A DNA stretch of 64,000 nt from Syntrophorhabdales bacterium (GTDB taxonomy: Bacteria; Desulfobacterota; Syntrophorhabdia; Syntrophorhabdales; WCHB1-27), in contig DATKNH010000123.1 in NCBI GenBank assembly GCA_035541455.1, forward strand, positions 10,701 to 74,700, read 5' to 3'. Position 1 is the first letter of the stretch; every line of letters begins with the position of its first letter. Both the position numbers and the translations under genes were made by a program. Under the pieces are notes generated by a model that was not told the origin of the DNA, ran no database searches, and was given only the letters and a program-made list of their open reading frames with translations. This document shows positions 1 through 9,462 of this stretch, piece after piece.

Positions 1-1
1 G

Positions 2-448
2 GCCCTTGTCGGCGTCTTTCTGGGGCTCTTAATACGCGGTTTTGACAACAACCTTTACACGGAGGTCGGCCTGGTTCTGATGATCGCGCTCGCAAGTAAG
101 AACGCCATCCTCATCGTTGAGTTCGCGCGCGACTTGCAGCGCGAAGGCATGTCTGTGACCGAGGCAGCCATCGAGGCTACGAGCCGTCGTTTTCGTCCCA
201 TCATGATGACTTCACTTGCCTTCATCCTGGGAGTTTCCCCGCTGCTGATCGCGGGCGGTGCGGGCGCTGCAAGCCAGCAGGCAATCGGCACCGTGGTTTT
301 CGGCGGTATGATCTCATCGACGCTCCTCGCTGTCCCCTTTGTTCCGGTCTTTTATGTTGCAACGCAATGGGTGAGTGGACTGCGGGGGAGACGACGAAAA
401 AAAGACAGACCGCTACGCCCGGAAGACCGTCACGCAGGGCGTGACTAG
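2..448 (+). CDS. RND-family efflux permease (AcrB/MexB-like), C-terminal fragment; the gene starts upstream of the window
   Basis: The frame is open from base 2. The translation NNLYTEVGLVLMIALASKNAILIVEFARD...RFRPIMMTSLAFILGVSPL matches the conserved last transmembrane helices of RND transporters. Confidence 0.85.
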   Translation, partial: ALVGVFLGLLIRGFDNNLYTEVGLVLMIALASKNAILIVEFARDLQREGMSVTEAAIEATSRRFRPIMMTSLAFILGVSPLLIAGGAGAASQQAIGTVVFGGMISSTLLAVPFVPVFYVATQWVSGLRGRRRKKDRPLRPEDRHAGRD

Positions 449-489
449 GAAGACCGTCGCACGTGTGCGACTGGGAAGATGGAAGACAC
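421..489. repeat. Tandem GGAAGACC-plus-hairpin units spanning the RND stop codon
   Basis: GGAAGACCGTCACgcagggcGTGACTA (421-447), GGAAGACCGTCGCACGTGTGCGACTG (448-473) and GGAAGATGGAAGACAC (474-489). The first two units each carry their own inverted repeat. TCAAC words follow at 490-520. Confidence 0.8.
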
Positions 490-539
490 TCAACTCAACT
501 GCTCGACGACTCAACTACTAAACTATAATGGAGGTTATC

Positions 540-1079
540 ATGGCTAAATACGTGCTTGACCCGGAACACACTTCAGCTCTGTTCACGGTGCGTCATATGA
601 TGGTGACCTGGGTAAGCGGTCATTTCACCAAAGTATCGGGGACACTTTATTTCGATCCGCTGAAGGTAACTGAATCCTCGGTGGAGGCTGAAATAGACGT
701 TGCCAGCATTTGCACGGGCGTGGAGAAGCGCGACAACGACCTTCGGAGCCCCAACTATTTTGACGCACAGAAATATCCGAAGATCACGTTCAAGAGCACC
801 CGCGTGGAATGCGCTGGTCTTGAGCATTGCCTGGTTCACGGGGATCTGACTGTCCACGGTGTGACGCGGCCGGTGACCTTGGATGTGCGCTATGCCGGGC
901 CCTCCCATTTTCAGGATGATGACAAGATGTACACTACCTTCGGCTTCCAGGGCACAACCAGAGTGAACCGTCAGGATTTTGGGATGATGACCAACCTGGA
1001 GTTGGAGCACGGCGGATTTATGGTGGGCAAGCATGCGTATCTGACGCTCAATACGGAAGCAGACCTCGTGGAGGAATGA
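540..1079 (+). CDS. YceI-like polyisoprenoid-binding protein
   Basis: AKYVLDPEHTSALFTVRHMMVTWVSGHF..G.L.FDP is the typical YceI N-terminus. GGAGG lies 5 nt upstream of the ATG at 540; the ATG at 528 is less likely. Confidence 0.8.
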   Translation: MAKYVLDPEHTSALFTVRHMMVTWVSGHFTKVSGTLYFDPLKVTESSVEAEIDVASICTGVEKRDNDLRSPNYFDAQKYPKITFKSTRVECAGLEHCLVHGDLTVHGVTRPVTLDVRYAGPSHFQDDDKMYTTFGFQGTTRVNRQDFGMMTNLELEHGGFMVGKHAYLTLNTEADLVEE

Positions 1080-1185
1080 ACGGCGCGGTTGTCCTTCCCC
1101 GGCTCGATCTGGTCCAGCAGAAGATGAGGATGAATATTCTGCCAAATGCACTGAAGTACGGTAAGAGCCTGTAGTTGCCTCTTGA

Positions 1186-3387
1186 TCAGTCCCTGACAGT
1201 GAAGGTGATCGAGTCGAGGGTTGTATCATCGGTGCTGACGAGAGAGAGGCGGTGAGGGCCGCGGATCGGCGTCCACGGCTGCATTGCGCCGCTGCCTACC
1301 AGCTCGCCGTCCAGGACCCACCTCGCATCTCTTGGAGAACCTGAAGCCTGAAAAAATATCTTCTGGTGGGGGACCGGTATGTCAGGGTCGAGCGAGATCA
1401 GCGTCCCGGAAGGAGGATAGGTTATCGTAGCGCGAGGCCACACCTTGAGAGGCTGCAACATGGCCGGTTCTGTGCCTTTGATAAACCACTCTCGTGCGCG
1501 CTCCGGTTGGTTATCCGAAACTCTCGCCTCGACAACAGCGACAGGTGGCGACGGGCTGTGGGAGGGGCGTGCCTTGTGGAGATATTGCATGACGCCGAGC
1601 CATATGGGCGCTGCACCGGAGATCCCGCTCACATTCCACATGGCCTGGCCGGAGAAGTTACCGACCCACACACCAACTGTGTAATCGCTTGACCATCCGA
1701 TACACCAGTTGTCTCTCATGTCTTTGCTCGTACCGGTTTTCGAGGCTGTCCAGAAGTTTGTTGAAAGGGGGTTCTCAAGGCCAAACGTGCTGCTTCGGGC
1801 CTCGCGGTCGGAGAGCATGTCGCTCACGATGAAGACGGCCTCTCTCGAAAAGGCGCGCCGTCGCGCGCTTCCGTTGTTATGCAACCGGAGCGTTGCCTCG
1901 TTCCACCATCCGTCGTTGGCGAAGACTCTATATGCATTTGTCAGCTCCCAGAGGCTTACGTCAAGCGTTCCCAAAGCCAGAGAATGCCCGTAGTACTCTC
2001 CATCCTGAAGGGGTCCGAAGCCAAGGTCCCCCAGTTTCTGCACGAAAGATTCCGCACCTGCCAGGAGCAGAAGTCTGACCGCTGGCACATTGAGAGAAGA
2101 TGCAAGCGCTATGCGCGCAGGTACAAGCCCGCGATATCTGTTGTCGTAATTCTCCGGTCTGTAGATACCCCTTTCGGTAGGGAGATCGAGGGGCCCGTCT
2201 TCCAGCAATGTGGCAGCGGTTATGAGACGTTTATCGATTGCCAGCGCATAGAGAAAAGGCTTGAGGGTGGAGCCTGCCTGCCGTTTTGCTCTGATACCGT
2301 CAACATGGCTCGCCGGCGGGTTCAGACCGCCGTTCGCGACGTATGCCAGCACCTCACCCGTTTTGTTTGCAAGGACCAGCACTGCCGCATCCTTTACGTT
2401 CTGTCCCTGAAGATCCGACAAATACTGTTTCAGCAGGCCCTGGGCGAATGTCTGCAAATTACTGTCCAGTGTCGATGCGACCTCTCTCATACCGGGCCTG
2501 AGGAGATAAAGAGCAACGTGAGGCGCAATTGCAATCTTCGGCCTCACATAATAGGGTGCGGCAAGAGCAGCATGTGCCAGACGCTCTATCTCACCAGAAG
2601 GCACATCCGATTGGAGGGACAGGGCCAGGAGCTTTGCGCGTTTTGCCACGCGTTCCACAGGCGCGTTGGGAGAACGGATCAGGGCTGCGAGAACAAACGA
2701 TTCCCTTTCGTTGAGCCCGCTCGGCTCCTTTCGGAAGAGGCCCCGTGACGCCGCAGCAATTCCCTGTGACTCACCCCTGAAGGTCACCAGGTTCAGATAT
2801 GCTTCCAGGATCTCCTGCTTTGACCATGTTCGTTCCAGTTCACATGCCGCACGCACCTGCTTCCATTTCTGTGTTGCTGAGCGGCGCCCTGACCGGGGCC
2901 GCACGCCCTTGTCGAGGATAGCGGCGAGCTGCATGGTGACAGTGCTGGCGCCGCTTTTCTCACTTCCTGAAAAGTTGCGGACAAAGGCGCGGCAGAACGC
3001 CTTCGGATCAACTCCTGCGTGCGCATAGAATCTCTTATCCTCAGAGTGAACCACCGCTTGTATGAGAGCCGGAGAAATCTCATTCAGCGGCGACCAGTCC
3101 AGTTTCCGGCTGTCGAAATCCGTCCTTAGCTCATGAATGGCGACTCCATGTCGATCAAGAAGCACTGCATCCGATTTTTCATAAGCGAGCCGGACCTTAT
3201 CAAAAGGCGGTATATTGGGAACAGGCTGTCTGAAGGCAAAAAATAGGACCGCGCAGGCAGACAGAATCGCGCAAATACCAAGAATAAAACAAACCCTCAG
3301 AAACCAGTTAAAAAACCGCCGAGCCGGAACACTGTTCGTTTCGCTCACCGGCGCTCCTGTTCTGACCCGTGCCACGTTCCGCCTCAC
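1186..3387 (-). CDS. pbpC: Penicillin-binding protein 1C (bifunctional transglycosylase/transpeptidase)
   Basis: Contains glycosyltransferase-51 motifs (HSEDKRFYAHAGVD, GASTVTMQLA) and transpeptidase motifs (STLKP, SKTGTS). It sits directly downstream of an alpha-2-macroglobulin gene, the classic pairing. GTG start. Confidence 0.9.
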   Translation of the reverse strand: MRRNVARVRTGAPVSETNSVPARRFFNWFLRVCFILGICAILSACAVLFFAFRQPVPNIPPFDKVRLAYEKSDAVLLDRHGVAIHELRTDFDSRKLDWSPLNEISPALIQAVVHSEDKRFYAHAGVDPKAFCRAFVRNFSGSEKSGASTVTMQLAAILDKGVRPRSGRRSATQKWKQVRAACELERTWSKQEILEAYLNLVTFRGESQGIAAASRGLFRKEPSGLNERESFVLAALIRSPNAPVERVAKRAKLLALSLQSDVPSGEIERLAHAALAAPYYVRPKIAIAPHVALYLLRPGMREVASTLDSNLQTFAQGLLKQYLSDLQGQNVKDAAVLVLANKTGEVLAYVANGGLNPPASHVDGIRAKRQAGSTLKPFLYALAIDKRLITAATLLEDGPLDLPTERGIYRPENYDNRYRGLVPARIALASSLNVPAVRLLLLAGAESFVQKLGDLGFGPLQDGEYYGHSLALGTLDVSLWELTNAYRVFANDGWWNEATLRLHNNGSARRRAFSREAVFIVSDMLSDREARSSTFGLENPLSTNFWTASKTGTSKDMRDNWCIGWSSDYTVGVWVGNFSGQAMWNVSGISGAAPIWLGVMQYLHKARPSHSPSPPVAVVEARVSDNQPERAREWFIKGTEPAMLQPLKVWPRATITYPPSGTLISLDPDIPVPHQKIFFQASGSPRDARWVLDGELVGSGAMQPWTPIRGPHRLSLVSTDDTTLDSITFTVRD

Positions 3388-3404
3388 TCGATGCTCATTG
3401 CGAA

Positions 3405-3459
3405 CGCAATTCCTTGATCTTCTTTTTCTTGTTCACCCATGACCCGTGCCCCATGACCC
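3405..3459 (-). repeat. Intercistronic GGGTCA/G-tract + ATTGCG element, copy 1 (A2M to pbpC spacer)
   Basis: The sense (minus) strand reads GGGTCATGGGGCACGGGTCATGGGTGAAC, then 20 nt of purine-rich sequence, then ATTGCG. Near-identical architecture occurs at 37042-37096. Confidence 0.75.
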
Positions 3460-3465
3460 TACTGC

Positions 3466-6400
3466 TCACTGCTCGCTTCTTACTGCGATCGGTTGATTCG
3501 GTATTTCACCGAACATCTCCGGTGAATAGAGAGCTTCTACCCGTGTCGGTGGAAGTTGGAATACGCCGTCATTATTAAGACGCATCGTATACTCGAGGCT
3601 CCATTTTCCTTTGGGCACGTATTCATAATAGGAGCGCAACGCCTCAAAAGAACGCTCCTGAAATACGGGCCAGGCCCATCCTTGTGTTTTTTCGCCGCGC
3701 GTGAGCAGGGAGGAATCGCGCGCAAGACCGCTGCCAAGGAGTGTCGAGCCCGCCGGTACAGGATCATTGACTACCACCCAGGTCATGTCTGATTGAGCCT
3801 CGATATCGAGCCTCACGCGCACCACATCACCCCGACTCCAAACCCCGGGCTGTTTTTGCTCAGCAACAGGGCTGTATGTCTTTGTTATTTTGTAGCCGCT
3901 TGAGGCACGTTCTTTCAGCGGAATCGCCGCAAGGCTTTGCACGGTGAGCCACGGTTTGCCGTCGCCCAGGTGCTCTACAGAAAGCGTGTTTCTCCCTCGC
4001 GGCCACTTGAGCAAGGTGCTTCCACCCGAAGGAGTCGTTTTCCAATCGATTATCTCCTTCTCCCGTTGCAGGATTTCCTCAGTCTTGCCGGTTACGGGCA
4101 CTGCCTCAAATGTCTGGCGGAACTTCTCCAGGGAAAGTATTCCCCAGGCATTGGCAATGGTGGTATTCCAAATGCCTTTGTGTTGCCTGCCGAGGGCTCC
4201 TCGCACGAGCCTCGGTACATCATCCTTCCAGGCTGGAAGCGAACATGCGGCAAGGAGCGTCTTCACCGCGTTGAGGTCTGTGGTTATCATGAGCCACCAG
4301 AGGTCATCACCTTTTTCGGTAGAGAATCCCATAGTAGTGCCCTGAAAATTGAGCCTCGAACGGAGGACCTGCTCAACCTCCTTGAGCCTGCGTTCCCGCT
4401 CGGGGATCGAGCCACTCCGGACGAGAATGTTGAGCCAGTCAATCACCCCGGAAGTGGGCCACAGGGTGGGATCGATACTGAACGAGCTGAGCTGTTCCGG
4501 CCGCACCGCTCCGTATCTCGAGAGCGCCTCCAGTGCAGCTATCTTACGAATCGTCAGGTCCGTAGTGGGCAATGAAGAATTCCGGATGAGTCTGCCTTCT
4601 ACAAACGAATCGAGGCTTTGCTGCATGCGTTCACGGGGACGATCAGGAATAGGCCATCGGGCTTCGTGCGCAACGGCAAGGACGTAGGAGGTGAGCACAT
4701 CACTGCCGAGCTGCATCGAAGGAAAATACTTGAGAAGCCCGTCGTGATCCTGGTACGAGGGAAGATCGAGCATGATCTCTTTCCACATACCTTCGTCTCT
4801 CAGCGCGACCGCCTTTGACACCTTCTGCTCCAGGCAGCCGTACGGGTACTGGCGCATGTAGTCAATCACTGCTGAGATCTCAGAAAGTTTTGGACGGAGT
4901 GTTACGCGCACGCCTCCGGTGCCTGGTAGTGCATCTTTAGGCTGTTCGACGCTCATCTCAGTTTTTCCGTCGACCTGGAGAATCGTTCCTTGCACGGTTC
5001 TTACAGGAACAGCCGGGACGACTTTCTGCCTAACTGTCAGCGCATCACTTGCAGTCCCGTCGGTAGTTCGTGCGGTCACCGTCCATTTCTGCGTGTCTAC
5101 ACCATTGGACACTTTGATTTCCCATCCTTCGGTACGGGCCTCGCCTGCCTTTAAATCCATCTTCACACTCTTGAGTCGCTTTGCCCCTTTTCCATCGTCG
5201 ATCTGCGCAGTGAGATCGATCTCCATGTCGCGAGCCGCTGTGTTCCTGACCGTGAATGCGCCGCTGAATCTATCGCCCTGTCGTACCACCGGTGCGAGAC
5301 CGGAAAGCAGCATCAGATTCTGAGAACTTCGAATGCTCGCCTGTCCCGAGCCGAAAAGGCCGATTCCACAAGAAGCGACAGCGACTATTCTGAAACTCGT
5401 CAAGGAGTCAGGGAGTTTAAACTCAACTGATGTTTCTCCTTTCTCATCAAGAAAAAGACGGCCTTTCCAGAAGACGAGGGTGTCAAAGAGCTCTCTCGTG
5501 ACCTGCCTGCCGCCCCCGCCCCCCCGCGGCAGAGCTTTCAACCCGTAATGCCTTTTCCCAACCACGTGCATCTGGTTGGTCGAAGTCTTCACTTCGTAAG
5601 GCCTGCGCTTCATCATCTCTTCAAGAAGCTGCCAGCTCCCGTTGGGCATGAGTTCAAGAAGACCTTCGTCGACGACAGCCACGGCTACCTCTCCTCCTCG
5701 GGGCAGAGCTTTGCCGTCTGCTTTCCTCACTGCGATTGAGGCGAGAACTTTGTCCCTGATCCTGTATTGATCGTGTTCAGTCTGGACTTTCACCTTCAGT
5801 TCGTGGGCCTGCCACCCGACTCTAATCTCCGCGATGCCCAGCTTGTAGGCAGGCTTTCCAAGGTCGACGAGGGCTGTGGGCTTGACCCCCTGTACCCGTC
5901 CCCTGACGCACAAGGCGGAGATGAATACATTAGGGGCATAGTTGCCTTTCACCGGCAGCTCAATTACAGGGCTTGAGCCGGAGAGGTGCTTGACGAACGT
6001 ATCCAGGATGCCCTCTCTTTCAACGGTCACAAGCACGGTCGCCTGCCTGAAAGGCATACGCACCTGGAGTTTGACGTTTTCTCCGGGTTCGTACCGCTTT
6101 TTTTCGGGCAGAAGGTCGATGCGGTCGGTATCCTTGACGTCAAACCACCATTCTCCTTTGTCGGCAACCCAGACCTCACGATGCACCACGGAGGCTCGTC
6201 CTGCAGTATCCTCCGCGCTGGCCTGTAAAATGACGCTTCCCGATACGGGCGAGGAAGCCTCGCACGTCAAAAGGCCGAGTGCATCTGTTTTTCCTTCGCA
6301 AAAGGAAGGGATGAGCCGCTTGATCTCTGTGACATGATCATACGAATAAAAGCCACCCACGAGTCTTTTTCTGTGTGTGTACACATTTCTCTGGAACAGA

Positions 6401-9285
6401 TCGACTCTGACGGCCGTTCCCGGCACCGGTTTTCCGGCCAGATCGAGAACCAGAGCCTTGAACCTCAGCTTCTCCCTGGAAAGGGCCCATGAGTCGGGCT
6501 CAAGCCCTACGAGCAATGCGGAGGGCCAGAGAGGTATGTTCCGAGAGACCGTCTGAATCGCTCCATTAGGGTCGCGAAATTCCAACTCTGCCATCATCTC
6601 CTTCGGGGCTGCAATGCGCGGCTCTGCTTTGAGTGTCGCATGCGCGCTCCCATCGGGACCCAACGTGAGTTCTACTGTCTGCAGTTTCTCATCTTTGCGC
6701 TTTGCAGGCTCTGTCTCCGCTTCTGTTTCGATTTCTTCTTCATCAAATGTTTCCTCGTTTTCCTGTTCCCTTGTTATGCCTTCGCGCACGGCTCCATTGG
6801 TCCATTGAAAGCCTTCGTAGTCTTCGAAACTCGTAGCCTTCGGTTGGAGCTGCCCGCGAAGCTTCACGGGCAAACCTCCCGCGCCTCCGCCTGAGAGGTA
6901 CTGCACGAAGAGATCGAGTTGCACGTCCGTAGCTGCAATCAGCGGCTCTTTAGGGCCCGAGATGAAGGCCTTTGTAAGGGGTACCCTGAATTCTTCCACC
7001 CGGATAGCGCCTGATTCCCAACGGTTCATGTCGGAGTATGCGCGCTTCCGGGTCCCACTCTTCTTGATAAGAGCGACAGAATAGGTGCCCAGTTTTGCAT
7101 CCCGCGGGATCAGCCATTCTGTTTCTGCAACCTGCTGCTCAGCATCCCACGTGAGAGGAAGCTCGTATGACTGTTCGCTGCCCATGTGCTGCATCTCCAC
7201 AGCGTCCGGCAGTTCATCCTTGCTGACCGGGGAAAAGCCTGCAGAGACAGCCCTTCTGATGAGGTGCTTCATGTGTACGGTCTCCCCGGCGCGCAGGAGC
7301 GTCCTGTCAAAGATCGTATGGGCGGTGACCGGTCCTCCGTAGCGCCCCTCGCGAAGATTGAACCGATATGGCTCGATACCTTCGTTCCACCCGGAATGGA
7401 CAAAGGTCATGTCATCCTTGGTCCGAACAAAGACAAAGAGACCGCCCGACAGCACGTACAGCGGGCCAGGCTCAGAGTACTCCGGTTCCCGTGAGTCCCT
7501 TCTCTTCCACTGGCAGAAAGGAAGCTTGCCCTCTGCAGGCAGGGGAGTGTCTACGTGTGCCATGCCATGTGCGTCCGTAGTTCCTTGCCAGATGCTGTTG
7601 CCGTTGCAGTCCCGTATCGTAACTGACGCCCCCTCCGCGGGTTGGGCAGAATCGAGCGATGTGACCCAGACGAGCGACGATTCGCGACCCCACTTGAAAT
7701 GAGCTGACATATTGGTAACGAGGGCGGAGGTCTGAACGTACATAGGTTTGGACTTCCCGAGAAGCGATGCCCCGAGAATGTCGCTCTCCAGTTCCACAAT
7801 GTAGAAGCCGGGTTTGCCCAGGGGTATGCCGAGTACTTCAAATGCCTTCTGCCCCTTAGGCTTGGGCATACTGAAAGCTCGTGCTTTCACTTCTCCTTTC
7901 AGCAGGCTGCCCGAACGCTCCGCAAGCGCAACCCTTCTCATCCACGCCATAATTTCTTCGTCTGATTCCGGCCGGCGGAGCGCTCCTTTCAAGTTGCCCG
8001 CGGCTTCTCCACCCTTTTTTGAAAGCTCTCCTCGCGTCGCGTCGCTCGCACGCCCGGAATTCTCCTGGGATTGATCCAGTGGCTTGTCCGTAAGACTCTT
8101 CTCATCGAGGAGGCCGAGTTGTTTTCCGTGGAGCAGAGGCTCGATATTCCTCAGCGTCACCGGGAGCACAGCATCTTTCTTCTCGATGATCCCGAAGCGA
8201 CTCGCAAATTTTGCCAGCGGAGGATAGGGGCCTGTCCGAACCTGAAGCGGGAAGCGTGCCCCGTTCTCGAGAGACCTGCCTGCATCATCGACAACCCCTC
8301 TGGGCATTTCGAGGGTAAACGTGGTCTCTTCCGGAAAAGGCCCTGCGAAGGAGAGGTACGTGAGAGAATCTCCCTGGTCTTTGTTCTCTTCGGCCCGGTA
8401 TATCTTCTCGCCGCTCTTTAAGACTACTCGTGCTGCCAGATCGCCAGAAACAGGGGCTGAGAATGCAACCGACATGGGCAGCATCGGTATACAGCCTGAT
8501 TTGGCGTGTTCTCTTGTGCACTTGAAGCTTGCCGTGAACGGGCCTCTCGACTTGAACGACAAAACGCGACTCTGATCCGCAGCCACGCCGCTTTTCGACG
8601 CGATTCCCTTCCCCCAGATGAGACTGATCTTCCTCTTAGCGGGAAAGACTCGTGTAGACTGGAGCAACACGTGTGGCCTCTCGTCAAGCGGTCTCCTGAA
8701 TGTCTTCAGGATCGCTTCTCTTTCGCTACCCTCGATTATGCGCACGCGAGCCGGCTCGACAATACCTTCCACCACAAAAGAGGCGTGGCGCAGAATGGAG
8801 TCCGTGGTCGCCTCAGCATCCAACGTGAGCACGAAGGTCTGGTCTTCAGCGATATACTCAGAGCCTTCGCGTGGACGTACGGATATGATTGAAGGGCCTC
8901 CGGTCGAAAATGAGAATGTGCGGGGCCCGGCAATACTCTTCCCGTTGAGCGTGACTGTGTTTTTTTTGAGCGTGAACTGGCAGACGATGCCTGCCGGCAG
9001 GTCACGATCGAAATCGTAAATCCAGTTCTTCCCGTCGGCCCATCGACCGCCGCCTTTTTCAGGGCAGCTCACGTCGAATGGCTCCACCTGCGTCACGGCA
9101 CCGAAAGGTACTATCTGCTCCGAGAATCTCGCCTGCACCTGCCGGACGCCCTTCACTTCACCTTGGGGCGTGAAGAGGATAATCCGTGCAGCCTCGTCTG
9201 TGTTGGTGGTATCCTGGCATACAGCAGGACCTGTGCCGCACAGAGCGGCCAGGACCAAGAGGGTAACTATTGCAACCGTCTTCAT
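3466..9285 (-). CDS. Bacterial alpha-2-macroglobulin family protein (YfhM-type), 1939 aa, thioester-containing
   Basis: A signal peptide is followed by MG-domain-like repeats. The thioester motif GCLEQ is encoded at 4825-4836. Paired with pbpC. Confidence 0.9.
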   Translation of the reverse strand: MKTVAIVTLLVLAALCGTGPAVCQDTTNTDEAARIILFTPQGEVKGVRQVQARFSEQIVPFGAVTQVEPFDVSCPEKGGGRWADGKNWIYDFDRDLPAGIVCQFTLKKNTVTLNGKSIAGPRTFSFSTGGPSIISVRPREGSEYIAEDQTFVLTLDAEATTDSILRHASFVVEGIVEPARVRIIEGSEREAILKTFRRPLDERPHVLLQSTRVFPAKRKISLIWGKGIASKSGVAADQSRVLSFKSRGPFTASFKCTREHAKSGCIPMLPMSVAFSAPVSGDLAARVVLKSGEKIYRAEENKDQGDSLTYLSFAGPFPEETTFTLEMPRGVVDDAGRSLENGARFPLQVRTGPYPPLAKFASRFGIIEKKDAVLPVTLRNIEPLLHGKQLGLLDEKSLTDKPLDQSQENSGRASDATRGELSKKGGEAAGNLKGALRRPESDEEIMAWMRRVALAERSGSLLKGEVKARAFSMPKPKGQKAFEVLGIPLGKPGFYIVELESDILGASLLGKSKPMYVQTSALVTNMSAHFKWGRESSLVWVTSLDSAQPAEGASVTIRDCNGNSIWQGTTDAHGMAHVDTPLPAEGKLPFCQWKRRDSREPEYSEPGPLYVLSGGLFVFVRTKDDMTFVHSGWNEGIEPYRFNLREGRYGGPVTAHTIFDRTLLRAGETVHMKHLIRRAVSAGFSPVSKDELPDAVEMQHMGSEQSYELPLTWDAEQQVAETEWLIPRDAKLGTYSVALIKKSGTRKRAYSDMNRWESGAIRVEEFRVPLTKAFISGPKEPLIAATDVQLDLFVQYLSGGGAGGLPVKLRGQLQPKATSFEDYEGFQWTNGAVREGITREQENEETFDEEEIETEAETEPAKRKDEKLQTVELTLGPDGSAHATLKAEPRIAAPKEMMAELEFRDPNGAIQTVSRNIPLWPSALLVGLEPDSWALSREKLRFKALVLDLAGKPVPGTAVRVDLFQRNVYTHRKRLVGGFYSYDHVTEIKRLIPSFCEGKTDALGLLTCEASSPVSGSVILQASAEDTAGRASVVHREVWVADKGEWWFDVKDTDRIDLLPEKKRYEPGENVKLQVRMPFRQATVLVTVEREGILDTFVKHLSGSSPVIELPVKGNYAPNVFISALCVRGRVQGVKPTALVDLGKPAYKLGIAEIRVGWQAHELKVKVQTEHDQYRIRDKVLASIAVRKADGKALPRGGEVAVAVVDEGLLELMPNGSWQLLEEMMKRRPYEVKTSTNQMHVVGKRHYGLKALPRGGGGGRQVTRELFDTLVFWKGRLFLDEKGETSVEFKLPDSLTSFRIVAVASCGIGLFGSGQASIRSSQNLMLLSGLAPVVRQGDRFSGAFTVRNTAARDMEIDLTAQIDDGKGAKRLKSVKMDLKAGEARTEGWEIKVSNGVDTQKWTVTARTTDGTASDALTVRQKVVPAVPVRTVQGTILQVDGKTEMSVEQPKDALPGTGGVRVTLRPKLSEISAVIDYMRQYPYGCLEQKVSKAVALRDEGMWKEIMLDLPSYQDHDGLLKYFPSMQLGSDVLTSYVLAVAHEARWPIPDRPRERMQQSLDSFVEGRLIRNSSLPTTDLTIRKIAALEALSRYGAVRPEQLSSFSIDPTLWPTSGVIDWLNILVRSGSIPERERRLKEVEQVLRSRLNFQGTTMGFSTEKGDDLWWLMITTDLNAVKTLLAACSLPAWKDDVPRLVRGALGRQHKGIWNTTIANAWGILSLEKFRQTFEAVPVTGKTEEILQREKEIIDWKTTPSGGSTLLKWPRGRNTLSVEHLGDGKPWLTVQSLAAIPLKERASSGYKITKTYSPVAEQKQPGVWSRGDVVRVRLDIEAQSDMTWVVVNDPVPAGSTLLGSGLARDSSLLTRGEKTQGWAWPVFQERSFEALRSYYEYVPKGKWSLEYTMRLNNDGVFQLPPTRVEALYSPEMFGEIPNQPIAVRSEQ

Positions 9286-9357
9286 GCGATCACTCCTCTC
9301 GTTAACATCTCTCGATGGACTCGGGTATGCGTGAAAGCGGACTCACTTACTTTGCAG

Positions 9358-9366
9358 ATTATAGCA
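9358..9366 (-). promoter_or_regulatory. Putative extended -10 (TGCTATAAT) for the A2M-pbpC operon
   Basis: The minus strand reads TGCTATAAT about 73 nt upstream of the A2M ATG. GAGGAG is the RBS before the ATG. Confidence 0.4.
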
Positions 9367-9415
9367 CGAGGATGCTGGTACAGAAGGGAGAATGGAAGAG
9401 GCGCTGGTTGGTTCA

Positions 9416-9424
9416 TGGTATAAT
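9416..9424 (+). promoter_or_regulatory. Putative extended -10 (TGGTATAAT) for the histidine kinase gene
   Basis: TGGTATAAT lies about 39 nt upstream of the ATG at 9463. Confidence 0.4.
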
Positions 9425-9462
9425 GACCGCGAAAGTGGTGTCGGGCTTCGTAGGCTTCGAAC

